A DNA stretch of 64,000 nucleotides from Ascidiella aspersa (taxonomy: Eukaryota). The notes below the pieces were generated by a model. The model ran no database searches, had not been told where the DNA came from, and saw only the letters and a program-made list of their open reading frames with translations. The stretch covers positions 29,636,001 through 29,700,000 of the forward strand of contig OZ004612.1 of assembly GCA_963924565.1 (NCBI GenBank), given 5' to 3'. Below, piece by piece: positions 1 through 13,910 of this stretch. Numbering within the stretch: position 1 is the first letter of the stretch; every line of letters starts with the position of its first letter. The translations under genes were made by a program, and so were the position numbers.

Positions 1-481
1 ATGATGTACATTTGTTTAAAGAAACTCAAGAAATCGAACATAAATCTTAACTAGAAAATATATTAAATGAACATTTAATACGAGTTAGATTTTATGTTAC
101 ACTGTTTACAATGCAGCGGCACTACCGCCTAATCAGTAGGGTTTGCGTGTTGTTAGTAGTGCATCTCTTTTGACCCCATTCCACAAAGTGAATTACTGTA
201 GAAACCATGAATACAGAAAGCTCTGGCAGAATTGGCCCCAGGAACGTTTTCGTCGGGCGCTGACGTAATGCATTACGTACGCAGTCCTAGTTTAAACTAG
301 CTAAGTTACAATGTTTTACGTAAATATCCAGTTAAAGGTCGAGTTTTTTCGCTAAAATGCGATTTTGTGAATCCATAATAATCTATTGCAATACATATTG
401 GTTGTCAACCCAAATATGTATTTTACTAACAAGATAAAAAAGTAACTCTGGGGGCCCGTGTTAAGAAATGGTATTGAAGGA

Positions 482-762
482 CATGGGCGACCCCACTACG
501 GCCCGGCATATTTCCTTAATTAGGATGTAAGTCTAGTTAAAATATTTTGATCTAGTTAAAAGTTAAAAAAATGTTGGGGTAATTTTAAACTGTGCGGCAA
601 TTTATCAAAGCTCACTACATTTTTTCGCTTAGTTATTTATATCTCCTTCCTTTAGAACGATATTCAATTTGCTAAGATTGACTCATAATTTTATATCCGG
701 CCCGCGATCGCTTTAATCCTTACAGTTATCCGGCCATGTATTAAAATGTTTGGTGGCCCCTG
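482..762. mobile_element. Degenerate hAT-type MITE
   Basis: Ends in TTTGGTGGCCCCTG, with subterminal CGGCCCG repeats. The left end is decayed. Confidence 0.5.
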
Positions 763-1371
763 TTCTCTAGGATCAAAATCTGTTATGGTGTTTACGTTTT
801 CAATGCTTCATGAGCGTAAAGCACTAAAATAGATATCTAAAGCTTTTCGCACTTTGCGTCCAGCTGTGTTATAAGCTGCGAACTCAGCAGTGGGTGAAAA
901 TAATCCTCCGTGAATTTAGGCCCACTTAAAAACCACACGCAACATCCAGGGATGGAAAACCACGTTTCAAACACATCAAGCTTGTGGTGCGCATAAATAT
1001 CGATTTCATTCAGCAGGGTGCATTAGGGTTTGGCATAAACATGCCACGCGGTTTAACTTGAAAATGATTGTCCGCAACCCCCCAAAATACTAATGATTTT
1101 AACTCATGGCGAACAGTTTTTTCTCCAAATATATTGAATAGAATTTACGTCTGAGATTTGTTTCTTCTACAAAAATAAAAATTGGTTTTATCCATGGTAA
1201 TTTTGGTAATTTATTTGTCAAAAGCGGGTATTTACTTTATGATAAAAATGAATTGAAAAAATGTTGGTCTGCAACGAAGGAAACGTATATTGATGATCCT
1301 ACTTTATGATTCCATTTTGCCAAGATAAAGCATTGTTTTAGATGTCATTGTCATCATTCATTTGTAAATTT

Positions 1372-2037
1372 TCAATATCTTATGATATACATTAAGCTTG
1401 CTATGCGATAGCAAACCTTAGGTAACATTTATTATGAAACAAATTGGTGATAAAATTTCATTTTTAAAGCGTTAAGAACATCTGCCCATTTCCACCTCTG
1501 TATATTCCACGAACATCAAATCCCGTCCTAATTGGTACGCTTGAACAACCTTTCCAGACCAAAAAAACATTATTTCAGGAGTCGTTTTCCTCAGTGATTT
1601 GGTAATTTGTAATGTGTTATGATTAATATTATGCTTGCTTTGCGGTGGGAAAAGTTAGGTAACATTTGCAATGCAAAAAAAAAACAAATTTTCGTGATAA
1701 AATCGCGTTAAGAAAACCTGCCCATTTCAACCCCTGTACATTCCCCGAACATTCAATCCCATATTACTTCGGAAGCTTCAGTACAGTTTCCAGCCACAAT
1801 AAAATATTTTTTCAGGAGTTATTGCCATCATTGATTGCAACATGTTTTATTATCTTATGATAGAAATTAAGCTTGCTAGGCGATAGCAAACCTTAGGTAA
1901 CATCTACTATGAAAAAGAAACAAATTTCGTGATCAAATCGCTTTAGAAACACCTGCCCATTTCCAACCCTGTATATTCCCCGAACATTAAATTTCATATT
2001 ACTTCGTAAGCTTCAGTACACTTTCCAGCCCCAATAA
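1372..2037. repeat. Diverged tandem triplication of about 240 bp
   Basis: Recurring GCTTGCT..GCG...TTAGGTAACAT and CTGCCCATTTC blocks. Confidence 0.85.
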
Positions 2038-5000
2038 CACGAAACCGAGACCCAAGTGTCGCCACCACACAATACCCGTGCGAAGCTCGAGCCAGGAGTG
2101 ATTCGTATAAACACTTACTCCGCATTGAAATCGAAAGCGCCATCAAGCCCCTTCCCTCACTATTAGATCCCCTGTGCTTAAGCACCGTCGGCTGGGTCCA
2201 TTGTGTCATATTGGGTCAACTGTCTTCGGACGGAAACCGGAATTTGGAAGTGTTGTACTGTCGCTTGGTACCCACGGTTTAACGGATACAAAGTGTTCGT
2301 GCCAAGGAAACGTATTTCTGGTTTAATTGATTCACAAATGTTTATATGATATTATATATCGGGATGAGGAATTATAATTTCACGTAATTAATTAAATGTA
2401 TTCAGCCTACAATTTTTCGTGTGACTGGCATTTGGCTTCCATGCTGTCGTAAAAACTAGATTTTACAAACTAAACAAAATATGTCGACGAGTTATGGGAA
2501 CTAAAACCAACTTCCTACAAGGTCACCTCCCAAAAGTACTCCCAATTTCTTATTGTTGAAATCATATATAAGCTTGTATGGACTTACTTTAATCAGAATT
2601 TAAACTTTAAAACGGAAAATTGATATTAAATCCTAGGCTGAATTGAAAAAAATTATAAACGTCGTTTGGTGCAAGTGTTCTTCCGATTTTACTGACATAT
2701 TTAAAGTCAGCCATTTTATGAAATGTAAAAATGAAATATGTCTCACACATATTATGGAAACATCAGTCTATCTAAAATATACAACAAAACAATTAAAAAC
2801 ATGAAATCGGAAATCGTATGTTGTGATGTTCAAAAAACGTGTAGAACAAAATACAAACAGAATACTGTGTTACCATGGCGAGACCGGGTAACGCAAACCC
2901 GTAGTTACAATGCTGCATACTTACACACATGAAGGCGGCATAGAGCCTAAACCAAAGCGATTTAATTTGCCATCTGCAGTTAACACTGACGGGCATGAAC
3001 ACGTGCTTTACTGATTAGACCGGGTGCCCTGCTAACCATCTATATTAAATGCAGGCGCCGACTCCAATATACTTATTGTCTGACGCCTTGGAGATACTAT
3101 TTCCAACGCTGATCTAATGCATCCGCAATGGGAGAGAATGGAGTGTTGATTACGCCGTATCTAGTGTTTAGATTGAAATTGGCGCTAATAGCAGTGGTTT
3201 GGGAATACGATAGCTTTTTAAAGTTTAATGCGACAATTCCGCTAGCAGAGTCAAATAACCCCCTTAAAATGGTTTATTTAGGGCAATCTAAATATTTGGC
3301 ATCATGAGAGCTTTTAAAGTTTAATAAACTGTTGATGTATTGGATAACTTTTCAATGTTTCATACAAAAGGTTTTAATCGTGGCTACAAAATGCAAATAT
3401 TGCAGTTGTAAATACGCATTGCGTTATATCACAATTAAATATTGAAATTGTCTATTTTATTTTTTTTGCTATTCTCGTAATACAGTGTAACTTAATGTTT
3501 ACTAAAAAGGTGAATTAGTACTTTTTACTAAGCGCACTGCGAGTCTATCAGCCAATTCTGTTTATTAGTCTCAATGGTATATCTATATTATTTTCGCGAT
3601 TCAAATACAACCTCGTTGTTTTTGGAATAAATTGTTCGTTTGCAAATCCCCAAACTGTGCGACTTTTCGTTTCAGTCAATCCGTTATTAGTGTGAAGTCG
3701 CGTAATTAAATGCATTGTTTGCAACCCTTCTCTACCGCAAGTGTGACCCAACAGCTTCTTAATCTAATTAGATCCACCATTAACTAATTAGCGATAGGCG
3801 TAACCCCATCGCGGTTCAGATCCAAACTTTCCCGTTTCCCATTCTTCAATCGTCAGCGGAAAGGAATTAAACCTGGAAAGGCGAGGCCTTCATTCCGCGA
3901 CCCTAAACACCACGGAAGTGCTTTTGTGTGGCGCTGTACGATGAAAAGTTGCCCAAAGTGAACAAAACGCAGCCCCTAGGCTCTTACTTAACCCCTCAGT
4001 TACGCACGGGTTGTAATCAATGGGGTCGTCTTACGCATGTAGTAAAGGCCCGTGGGTAAATCGAGCCAATTTATTGCTAGACTTGGCCAATTTATAAAGC
4101 ACAAAACCCGTTTTAACTCTGACCAAATTATTTTTACCTTTGTATTTTTAAAAGCGGTGGCGTTTCTGTTTTACCACAATTATGCATAAAAATGGTGTAA
4201 AAATAGAGTGAAACCACATTAGATTTATTTCTGTTTAGCTACAATTGAAAAACATCAAGCGTTAAAAGAGCTACAACAACCTAATTAAAAAGACGAAACT
4301 CTGGATATGTTATTCATTTTTTAATCCATTTACTACTTAAAAGCAGTGACGCTACAGCTTTACGGCTCTATATTACCATAGCGGTGTAAAAAAATTATAA
4401 AAATCTGGGTTTAAACAAGAAACAAAACTTCTGTATTTTGCTTCAACTAAAAAACGAAAAGGCCGCAAAATATAACCAAACGAATTAGCCAACCAAAAAG
4501 GCAACAAAGCTTGGATAAAAAGAGGAATTGGCTCTTTGCAATATAGCCATACAAATTGGCCATCCATATGGCCAAGAACAACATTTACCGCGCCAAGCTT
4601 GATTTGATATCACAACAAGACAGTTCGTTTGTCAATAACGCTTAGCTTGAGTTGTATTCTGTGGTTTGAATCGTTCGTGAGCCAAGAGAAAAGATTTGTA
4701 TTATTCTTACCGGACTTGTTTGTTTAAAGCACGTGTTGGCTCGAACCATTGTAGGCTACTTATTGCCGTGCTTAAAATAACAACGTGTGCAGTTTGGGTG
4801 GAATTGATTAGGTCCATCTCGGTTTTGGTTCGCGTTAATTGCGTTACTTTGTGGTAAAATTTCGTTGAAAAACTAAGTCTCTGTTGGCAGTCTTTCAATT
4901 TTAACCAGATGAAGCACTTTTGTACAAAACCATATTTGTAATTTCAAATTTAAATGACCGCAGTATCATTTAACTCTTCTCTCTCTTTTTGTATATATTT

Positions 5001-6299
5001 TTATCAAAAATTGTTCCCCAGTTTCTCGGTCATTACCCTTATAAACACCGAAGTGCATCTGTGTGAAATAAAAGCATAAAGTGAAACCATGGCTATATAT
5101 CACATAACATTTTTACCGCTACTAAAGTATTCAATATTACTTTCTTTTTTCACTTAGAACATTAAATTTGTGCTTTGCTATTCAGGAGTTAGATTTACGC
5201 AACATGTTTCTTAGATGGTTACGTTTAAACCTTACAAAGAACGGTTGTGGTGAAGCTGGTCAACTTACAAATTTGATTTTCAACAGGTGTTGGAAAAAAA
5301 TAAAGCGAAATATTCAAAACGTTCAAAATGCTACCTACTATTGTATGGGCTTTGATATTCCTATTATGATTTTCCACATTTTATATTAATGTGTGGCCAA
5401 AAATATTGTTTTAAAGTCATCGTTTTATCATATGTCATTTTAATAGGTGACCAAACTTAATCATACAATACGTCTCTTTAACTTATAATATTGAATTCGT
5501 TCTTTGCTTTTCAGGGGTTACATTTTTGTGCAGTGAACTATTTTAAGTGGCTTTACGCCACAGACCCATTTAAAGCAATTGGAACAACTTACTCTGCGGT
5601 CGTAACTCAGCGGTAGCGCATTTAGGAAATCTACGTCTTTCTATTTGTGCTAACCAAACCTCAGGGACTCCCAAACTGTCCCGAGCCAATAAATCAATCG
5701 CTTAATTAGAACAAAAAATACAAACAAGCACCTAGAGTTAGAGAAAACATTAGCTTTAGCTATAAGATTGATGGTACCTCTTAAATACTTCGGTTTTAAT
5801 TTGCTCATTATTTGTGCAAACAGACCCTGGAACCCTACACTTGTGCCAGCCCATATATCAGTCGGTGCGGTTGCAACGTAATAATATTTTCTTTTTAAAA
5901 CATAAGCGGATTTGATGCACAAACATTTAAGGTTGGGTTAGCGACAACCAAGTTCCAAAAATACAATTAATCAAGGTGGAGTAAGAGATGTTTGATACTG
6001 GGATCATATTTTATTTTGATACCCTGATAAATGAAGTTAAATCTTGCAACGGTAATATAAGTATGGGACGAGTACCGATCCTATGCTTATGTGGTATCGG
6101 GGATTGGTTTCAATCCGGTAATAGTGGACATATAAATAACATTGCTACATATACCTATTTGGTAATTTTGTTCCAAAGTGTTGTTTGGTGATTGAAGGAT
6201 AGCCCACGTGAAACGCTAAGAATATTTCCTAAAATTTCACCTTTCATATGTTTGGCCAAAACAATAAGGACCCGGTGCTTACACCTTATTATGCCCCTT

Positions 6300-6615
6300 A
6301 TTATGCACACACGTGCGCTTTGGTGCATGTTTTCCCCTTGTAAGCAGTCCCGAGTGTCTTGTGGTATCAAATCAACGCCACACGTAACAGAACCATATCA
6401 CCCAATTCATAGAATAAAAAATGCCGGATTTGGCAATGTCATTACTCGTGTTACCGTTATAGCCCTATTAATGCACGCACATGTTCTCTAGCACATATGT
6501 ACGCGGTGCAAGCAGTCGTAAGTGTCTTTTGGCATGAAATCAAAGGCCCACCTAACCACACCTAGCAAAACAATCCCACCCAACTTAAAAGAGTTGAAGG
6601 GTTGGATTTGGCAAC
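6300..6615. repeat. Diverged tandem duplication (about 170 bp)
   Basis: AAGCAGTC..AGTGTCTT..AAATCAA and GGATTTGGCAA each occur twice. Confidence 0.7.
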
Positions 6616-8507
6616 ACGCCGGCGTCGCTAAATACTTCGACCTTGTTGACACCATTTCTTACAAGACATCTCGTTACGTTCAAGTGCCTCTTCAAAATCG
6701 CTTCGTTGACTGACCATGGGTGGATCTGTTTGTTCGCACAACGCTTCGGCTCACGTTGCGTTGTAGCGGCGCCGAAGCGTTGTGAAAGTGGGTGAGCGTG
6801 GACGGCCTAATTGGCGACTGGATACTTCTTTGATGGCACTTGTTCCGGTTTTGTTTGCTGGTAATCAGACCGGATAAACTACGAACTCTCGATTGAGGAT
6901 GTGAATAAACTCGCTGAAAAATGTACGCCCAATTACATGCGTTTAAATAGGAGTTTGGAGATAGATGCTAGGGGTGAATAAAACTAAAAAAGAAAGCACT
7001 GCGCTAGCGTCGTCCAGTTCACACATAACGCGTTGCCAGCGTTAACGGCAAATTTCCTCGCTTCTAACCGAAAGCGTCAAAGTTAAAATATTTCACCTTT
7101 CCGCAAACTAAAGCGTTGACACAAAACACGTCTAGTATAAACCAACTTTTTAAGATATAAACAATTTTTTTAAGACTTGAGTTTAAATGTTTCTGTTTGT
7201 GCAGTATTTTTTTTTATTTTGCTATTCAATAAAAAAAAATATGGTTGTAAATCTCTGTTGGCGCAGCTAAACGGCCTGCACTCTACCTTAAAATGGTTTG
7301 ACCCATTTATGCTTTTTTGGTCAACGACTTAGGAAATATTTTAAATTTTATAGTTGAGCTTTTAAGGTTGTAAATAGAAAACAGTAGCATGAGTAAATTG
7401 TATTATTATTTATTATCATATTTACTCCCTGGGAAAATGTATAGTTCGATTACGTGTTTAAATAGGAACCGAGCTGTGTTAGTTGGTATACGATTTAACG
7501 AATTGATGTTTTATTATAGACTTTTACGATTTTCCACCTAATGTGTTTCGCATGCTAACCTGCGTAAATGTATACCCTTTTAAATTTCGAACGGCACACT
7601 ACGCATAAAGCACAAGGTGGCAATTAAGTGTTTAACATTATGCAAAATATCGATACGTGTATATAGAGACAAAAAGTACAATCTTCTAAAAAGGTATTAT
7701 TAATTATTATCACTTTGGTTAAATTTTTTGGTCTCCTGAAAAGTTATTAGGAATGGTTTTCAAAATTACTGATATTAAGTCACACCATTGCTTTATATTC
7801 CTTAGTGCCAACCATACTACGTTATATTGACACATATGTACAGATTAATCATTAACAGCGAGTGACTTAAACCATATGCACACATGTGTATTTATAAACG
7901 GAGTCGAACACTTGTGAATTTCGTGTTGTAAGCCGGGTTACGAACGCCCTACGGTCTGGTTAATCGCATAGTCAATTTGCTAAGCTTTTCAACCGATATA
8001 AGCCGGTATTTGAGTAAGAAGTTTACCGTTAAAATGTTAGAATCTTACTTACAGTCAATTGTAGTATGTTTGACATTTTCAGAATTGATATTTTCTAGTA
8101 TTTGTTTTTCTAAATCCAAATGACCTTTTTCTACTTATTTAATAATTCGATTCATCAATTTATCATTTTAAACTACGTGAAATTGTTGCCTGTATGACAT
8201 TGTTTTTCCAACAAAATGCCATCAATGTATTAAGAATTCCACCAAAAAGGCGTGTGAATATCAAGGTAAAAAACGTCGTTTTTAGTCTGTTATATTTCCT
8301 AATGGTACTATAAGAGCTAGTTTACGTGCCTCAACAATAACCGTTTAGTTCACAGGCGCCCATACGAGACATACAACACGTATTATTAAATCACGCCATA
8401 TCTCTTCAAATCAAGCGCGCGCAGCCAAATCAAATACATCCACGCCTATCACGCCTAATTCAATCTACCTGAATTACATCGCGCGCTTGCCTGCTGTCAT
8501 ACACCCG

Positions 8508-8768
8508 ACAGGTTTTCGATCGCGGTATTGTGACGTCATACGTTAAGGCGCCGTGAGACTTTGACGTCAGTTAAACACAAGTTACTTTCGGGGCGTCCGA
8601 CTTGTTTTAAATTTGTGGTTCATTAAAATTAGACTTAATGCTAAATGTTAGTAAAACTTAAATTCATACGCCCGATAGGTTTTTGCTGTATTGTGACGTC
8701 ATATTTTAAAGTGCAATAATACTATGACGTCACTATACAAAGCGTGCGACTTCGTTTAAATTGTGGTG
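8508..8768. promoter_or_regulatory. Tandem duplication (about 163 bp) carrying four perfect CRE palindromes
   Basis: TGACGTCA at 8531, 8562, 8694 and 8725. Regulatory function is inferred only. Confidence 0.45.
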
Positions 8769-8976
8769 GTTTGGGTATTATATTTGAGCTCCAGACTAAA
8801 TACCATTAAACTTTTATTATGTTTGTTAAGGTTTTGTCTACTCACAAAGTACTTGCTTACACTTGAACGACTCCAGTCAGCAAATATACTCCGTTAAACC
8901 TTCGTATTCACAACTTGTTTGTTTCATACTATATTTAGCACCTTTTTTAGAACCACCGCGTGATAAATTTGGCCAC

Positions 8977-9070
8977 TAGGGATATCTGATAATATCGGAT
9001 CGGAGCCGATTCCCGATATTCGATACCTAGTGTTAGTATCGGTGTTCCAACAGTGAGGTGCTATCGGTTC
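8977..9070. mobile_element. Dispersed MITE-like remnant (TAGGGAT...GATAATATCGG...CCGAT); related copies at about 5983-6110, 31305-31620 and 37265-37380
   Basis: A shared terminal motif with ATCGG/CCGAT repeats occurs at four loci. Confidence 0.45.
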
Positions 9071-11781
9071 CGCTTGACTCGATAATCGTTAGGTCCTTTC
9101 GCTGTCCTAGTGTTATTCTTTATGGGTTTTTTAATGTTTGCAAAGAAGCATAAAATTAAATTGAATCTTATGCAGAAAGATGGCATCGCATGCTATTCAC
9201 TTAAGTTTGTGACATTGCGTTAAAAATAGATCAAGTGTCAAAATTATAAAAATCAAGGGAAATATTTATCGGTGTTGCTCTATTTTGTTAAACATTGTTT
9301 TCGAAGCATGCGACCCGACCAAAAATATAGTTGTTTCAACATTTAAAAAAGGTCCTATGCTAAATACCATTAAAAGTCGATTGCCGTGTGTGTTTTCGCA
9401 GGGTTTTGACTACCGAGTTAATAATAACTTTGTGGTTTTAGTTGAGAGGTTAAACCAAACATTTACCTTTGTTTATAGCGCTATAATTGTTGCTGTAACA
9501 CGGAAGCAATATATTTAACGTTCCATTATATCAATGGTTCTTCTCGTTTTGTTCCATTTTACTACACTAATAAGCTTACTTTTATAGTTGAACCCACAAA
9601 ACACCCTCTGGTGACCGAGCTTCTTTAAATACAGTACACACGGTTAAACTGTTTAAACAAGCCATTAAACGGTTGGTAACCAATATTTTTGCGTACCGTT
9701 AGCTTATGTACGGTTATTTAGTTTTAGTCTAATTCAACCCTTTGGGCTGCATTGTGAAATGGTTAAAAAATACTTCATGGCTGTTCAAATGTGACCGTAT
9801 ACTGTCAAACGTCTTTCCCGCCCGTTTAAATTACGTTACCGTATTATAACGTGGAATGGTGGTTAAGACTTGTCAGCACTTTTTAAACAAAATCCCCCAC
9901 GAAAATTTAGCCCAAGGCTGTCAAGCTTTTGTCTTCAAGGTGAATAAACTGTCCTAACTAACACATATGAACCCATCTAGTATACTATGTTAACATCACA
10001 TGGACTATGACAGTCATTTTTATCCGCATTTTAACGGTTTTTCAGCAGTTAGCAAGCTTTTCCGACGATTAAACCCCAAACAATATGCCCCAATAACGCC
10101 TAATAGGGCTGTAGTAGGCACACAACAGAATCTTACTTCCTTATATTGGATTGCGACCGTGTTGGACAATCAAAAGACCAAGTTGCTCATACAAATGGTC
10201 GCGAGATTAGACTTCAAACGCTTTCCGCGGCTTTTTTCAAAGCCAACCCACTTTTCCTCCTGTTACAGTGGGATTTCGTAATTCTAAGCGCCATAATCGC
10301 GCCTTAAACACGCGACGGCCATTGTTTCGTCGCGACGGCCATTGTTTCGTCACTAATCACTTCCGAACGAATTGCGTCACAACTGTTGCATTCGTTGCAT
10401 TCTATAATGCAGGTTGTTTGTGGTTTTATGCAGTAATTTCTTGTTTTTGTCCGTTCAAGCGTCAAAGTTGGACTCCTTGTTCAGTTAACTTTACGTTTTT
10501 CTTCGAAGATTAAGATTAAATTTCGTAGAACGAGTTAATATTTGGACATTGTGTCTTGGGTTCCAGGACTTAAAATGACGCACGATTGTTTTGTTAGGAT
10601 TCGGGTTGCTGTCGATTATAATAATCGTTTGGATATTGTTGCTGTTATGTTTGCTGTAAATAGCGTCATTTTACTTACAAGACTGCCACTCGATTGTCGT
10701 TACATCAAAAAAACGAATGTTGGGAACTATCAATTTCCCAATTTCCCAAAGAAGTATTTTTTATATGAATTTAATGATTTTTAACAATATTTTATCGCAA
10801 CAACTTACGGGGTCGCAAGAATGGCTACATTAATTTTTACACATAGAGCTAGATTTTTTTTTATTTCGTCATGTCAGCTTATTTCAAAACAAAAGCCTTT
10901 AGATTTGCATCACTTAACCAAATACATCTTGAAGCAGAAAACAGTTGTGTGTGTTTTTATTTTTCTGTTTATCAATGTCAAACGTGAAAAGTCGCGAAAT
11001 AATCAATCAATGAAAAATGGGACCACAAATGAAATGTTTGGAAAGTGCACTATCCACAACGCTAAAAGCCGTGTGGTTACGTAACTTTTAAAAAACTAGA
11101 CCTTAACAGCATGTAGACCATCACATCTCAAAGTGTTTAGTGAAAATCTGAATGAAGTCAAAGCCCAGATGACTTCATTAACGACATGCCCGGGTCCATA
11201 GTGTATCGCCATGTCCCTTGGGCCTTGGATTTAAACCGTTGAACGGCGATTCAAATCAAAACACAGCTGGCCATTATTGCATTGGCGCGCATTTTTAAAT
11301 GACTGCCGGCGAACACAAGCGGCTACTATGTCGTCACACATACGTCCAATTTGAACCGAAACAAAACTCAAATATCCTTGAAACAACGGGAGGTCCAAGA
11401 ACACGCAAAAAGTGTCCCGTGGGGAGGCGCTTTATTGTCACAGACCGAACGACCGACAAGTATACGCCCTTTGATGCAATATAACCGCGGACTAAGGCAT
11501 ACTGCGACCAACCACTGAGACCAATGTTATGCTCGGATCTTATGAATAGACAGAGCAGTGAAGGTCAACTAGCGTGTCGTTGTGCCATCTTTTATCGATC
11601 CATTTGGCTTTTTGTGTCTCGTTAATGCAGGAGTACTAGTTAAATGCTCTTTAGGCCAGTTCTTTCCTAAACTTTTTAGTCCCTTTAGAATTGAACAACC
11701 GAAACTAACATATACACAATGTGTATACTGTGATCAAGACCTTATGGAGTTGTACTGGCCAACAATAACGGCACACAATAC

Positions 11782-11982
11782 CCGGCGCCGGTCTAGAATC
11801 CTACCACAACGCGCATTATTTGGGTTAGGTTGCGGGTTAGCGTTTGGGTTAAGGTGGGTCAAATATTAGTATTAAATAAAGAATATAATAATACTTTGAC
11901 CCACGCACACCCAAACGCTAACCCGCAACCTAATTCAATTTTGTGCGTTGATTTCATAACTGTGGTAGGATTCTAGACCAGC
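11782..11982. mobile_element. Foldback MITE with long imperfect TIRs and GGGTTA-like repeats
   Basis: GGTCTAGAATCCTACCACA...TGTGGTAGGATTCTAGACC and TTAGGTTGCGGGTTAGCGTTTGGG / CCCAAACGCTAACCCGCAACCTAA. Flanked by the direct repeat (GC)ACACAATAC. A related end occurs at about 43212-43240. Confidence 0.75.
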
Positions 11983-13469
11983 ACACAATACGCAAAGGCT
12001 TGCTGAAATAAGTCAGCTTGATCAGGATTGTGGAAGAAACTTTTTGATTAAAACAACTTTTCCGACCCTTTATAGGCGAAACAAAACTTTTCTCATTTTC
12101 TGTTTCTTCTTATTTGTTCAAGTAATGTGTGAATAATCTTAAAATGTTTCATCTTAAACCACGAATGTTATACTTCTATGGTAAAACATATTTCGATTTT
12201 AAAGGGTAAACTAAATTTGTTTACATAGTAGTATGAACATGTTTTCCCAAATCTTTTTTAAACGATATTTTCCTACCTTTTCTTGGGTGAAAATATTCTT
12301 CGTCCCTTATAATATTGTTTTCATATTATACGCTCTCTAATCGATACTAAAAATCGACGCCCTGTGTCGGTGTTGTATCACATCTCGGTATAATTCGGGC
12401 GAAGGGCATGCAACCGCGTACTGTGCGCTTAATGATCTTGTGCCAAAAAAACGACACCCTTCCATTATCAATGAAATATTAATGGCCACACAGCCGTGAG
12501 ATTCGCCCATATGAGCAAATAATACCCACGAGCTGGAGATAAGAAGGTTCAACTTTTCCACATTGGAATATATTTGCGCAAATCGTCATGAATATGGAAT
12601 GAGAGACGCCGCAAAGGTGAATGGCGTTATGAGGACATTAAAACTTGGCTTTCATATGTCTTCCTAAGAAGGCGGGTTTTATATTACTAAACTGTTATCG
12701 TGGTGATTGCTTTATTTACAGCTACCATCCATTCCAAAGTTACATGCATAAATTTATCTAAAAAATTCGTGAAAAATCTTTCCTTGTAGTTTTTAATTTA
12801 TCAAAATAGATTAAACCACATGACAGACATTATTTCTGAACTGGCGATTTCCATAGGGATTTCTAGGAATATTTTAAGTAAATAAGCAAATAGGATGTTT
12901 AGTTTAAAATAACTCCAAATGTGGTAATAAGGAAACATAGTTTACATTTAATTACATGCCAGCGGTCGATAGTTTTTGATGTGTGCTAACCACCGATTCC
13001 ATTAAACCATCCTGATAGTGATGTTAACGTGTAAAATGCGATAATAACACCTAACGCACGACAATTTAAAATATATGTTGACAAATTTTCGTCCCGAACC
13101 TGTGACTTTAAAATATCGGACATGGATTAGTCGGCAATCGAATATTTAAAATGTTAAACATTGTTTACTGTTTCTGTATAAAACTTTGTTGTGAGTCCGC
13201 TAGACTTTTATAGGTATTTTCAATGGAACATCTTCACTTTAAGTCTACTGAATTTGGCTTTAGCAGTAAAAGTTTAGCCGTAAAACGAACTGCATTCATT
13301 CTGTTTTGATTTAAAATTAGGCCTTTTAGCAACCATACAAGCGAATACGAAATGCGGTGCGTTCAAAGGCTTGTATCAGCCTTCAGCGTGTACACTTCAT
13401 TTTAAGTATATAAGTATGAACGCTTGCATTATACAGAAAATGTTATGTATAAAAAGCGTGAAAAATTGG

Positions 13470-13910
13470 TGGTTAGCAGGAAAACGTTTGTTAAAACAAA
13501 TTTCATGGTCAAGTAAAAACGCTGTGTCGAACGCATGATTAGACATTTAGCCAACCAAGCATACGCGCATTAAAAATTGCGGAGCGTAACAAACTTTTCT
13601 CAGCGCCTAACTACTTTATTTAGGTTAAAACTACTCAAAATGAAGTTTACATTAAAACCGAAAATGTTGCTTTCTGAATTATGTAAAAATAATGATCAAT
13701 AGCAAAACATGTGTTAAAAACGCGAACGGTTTACCGAGCGTACCTCAAGTATTAGCCTCAAGCGTACTTCGTTTTAGGAATATAGTTATCAGATAAAAAT
13801 TAGTAGTTTGCAGCAAAACGTTTGTTAAAACAACTTTCACAGCAAAGTAAAAATGCTGTGTCCAATTGATGGTCAGCCTTTTAACCAACCCAGAATACGC
13901 GCGATAAAGA
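13470..13910. repeat. Diverged direct duplication
   Basis: AAAACGTTTGTTAAAACAA...AAGTAAAAA.GCTGTGTC at about 13481 and 13814. Confidence 0.75.

Noticed and set aside
2119-2318. Minus-strand exon candidate for the second gene (ag...gtaagt)
   Set aside because: All three frames from the candidate acceptor contain stops.
5596-5621. tRNA gene (A-box-like TAACTCAGCGGTAG); similar remnant at about 14225-14305
   Set aside because: No complete cloverleaf; at most decayed SINE heads.
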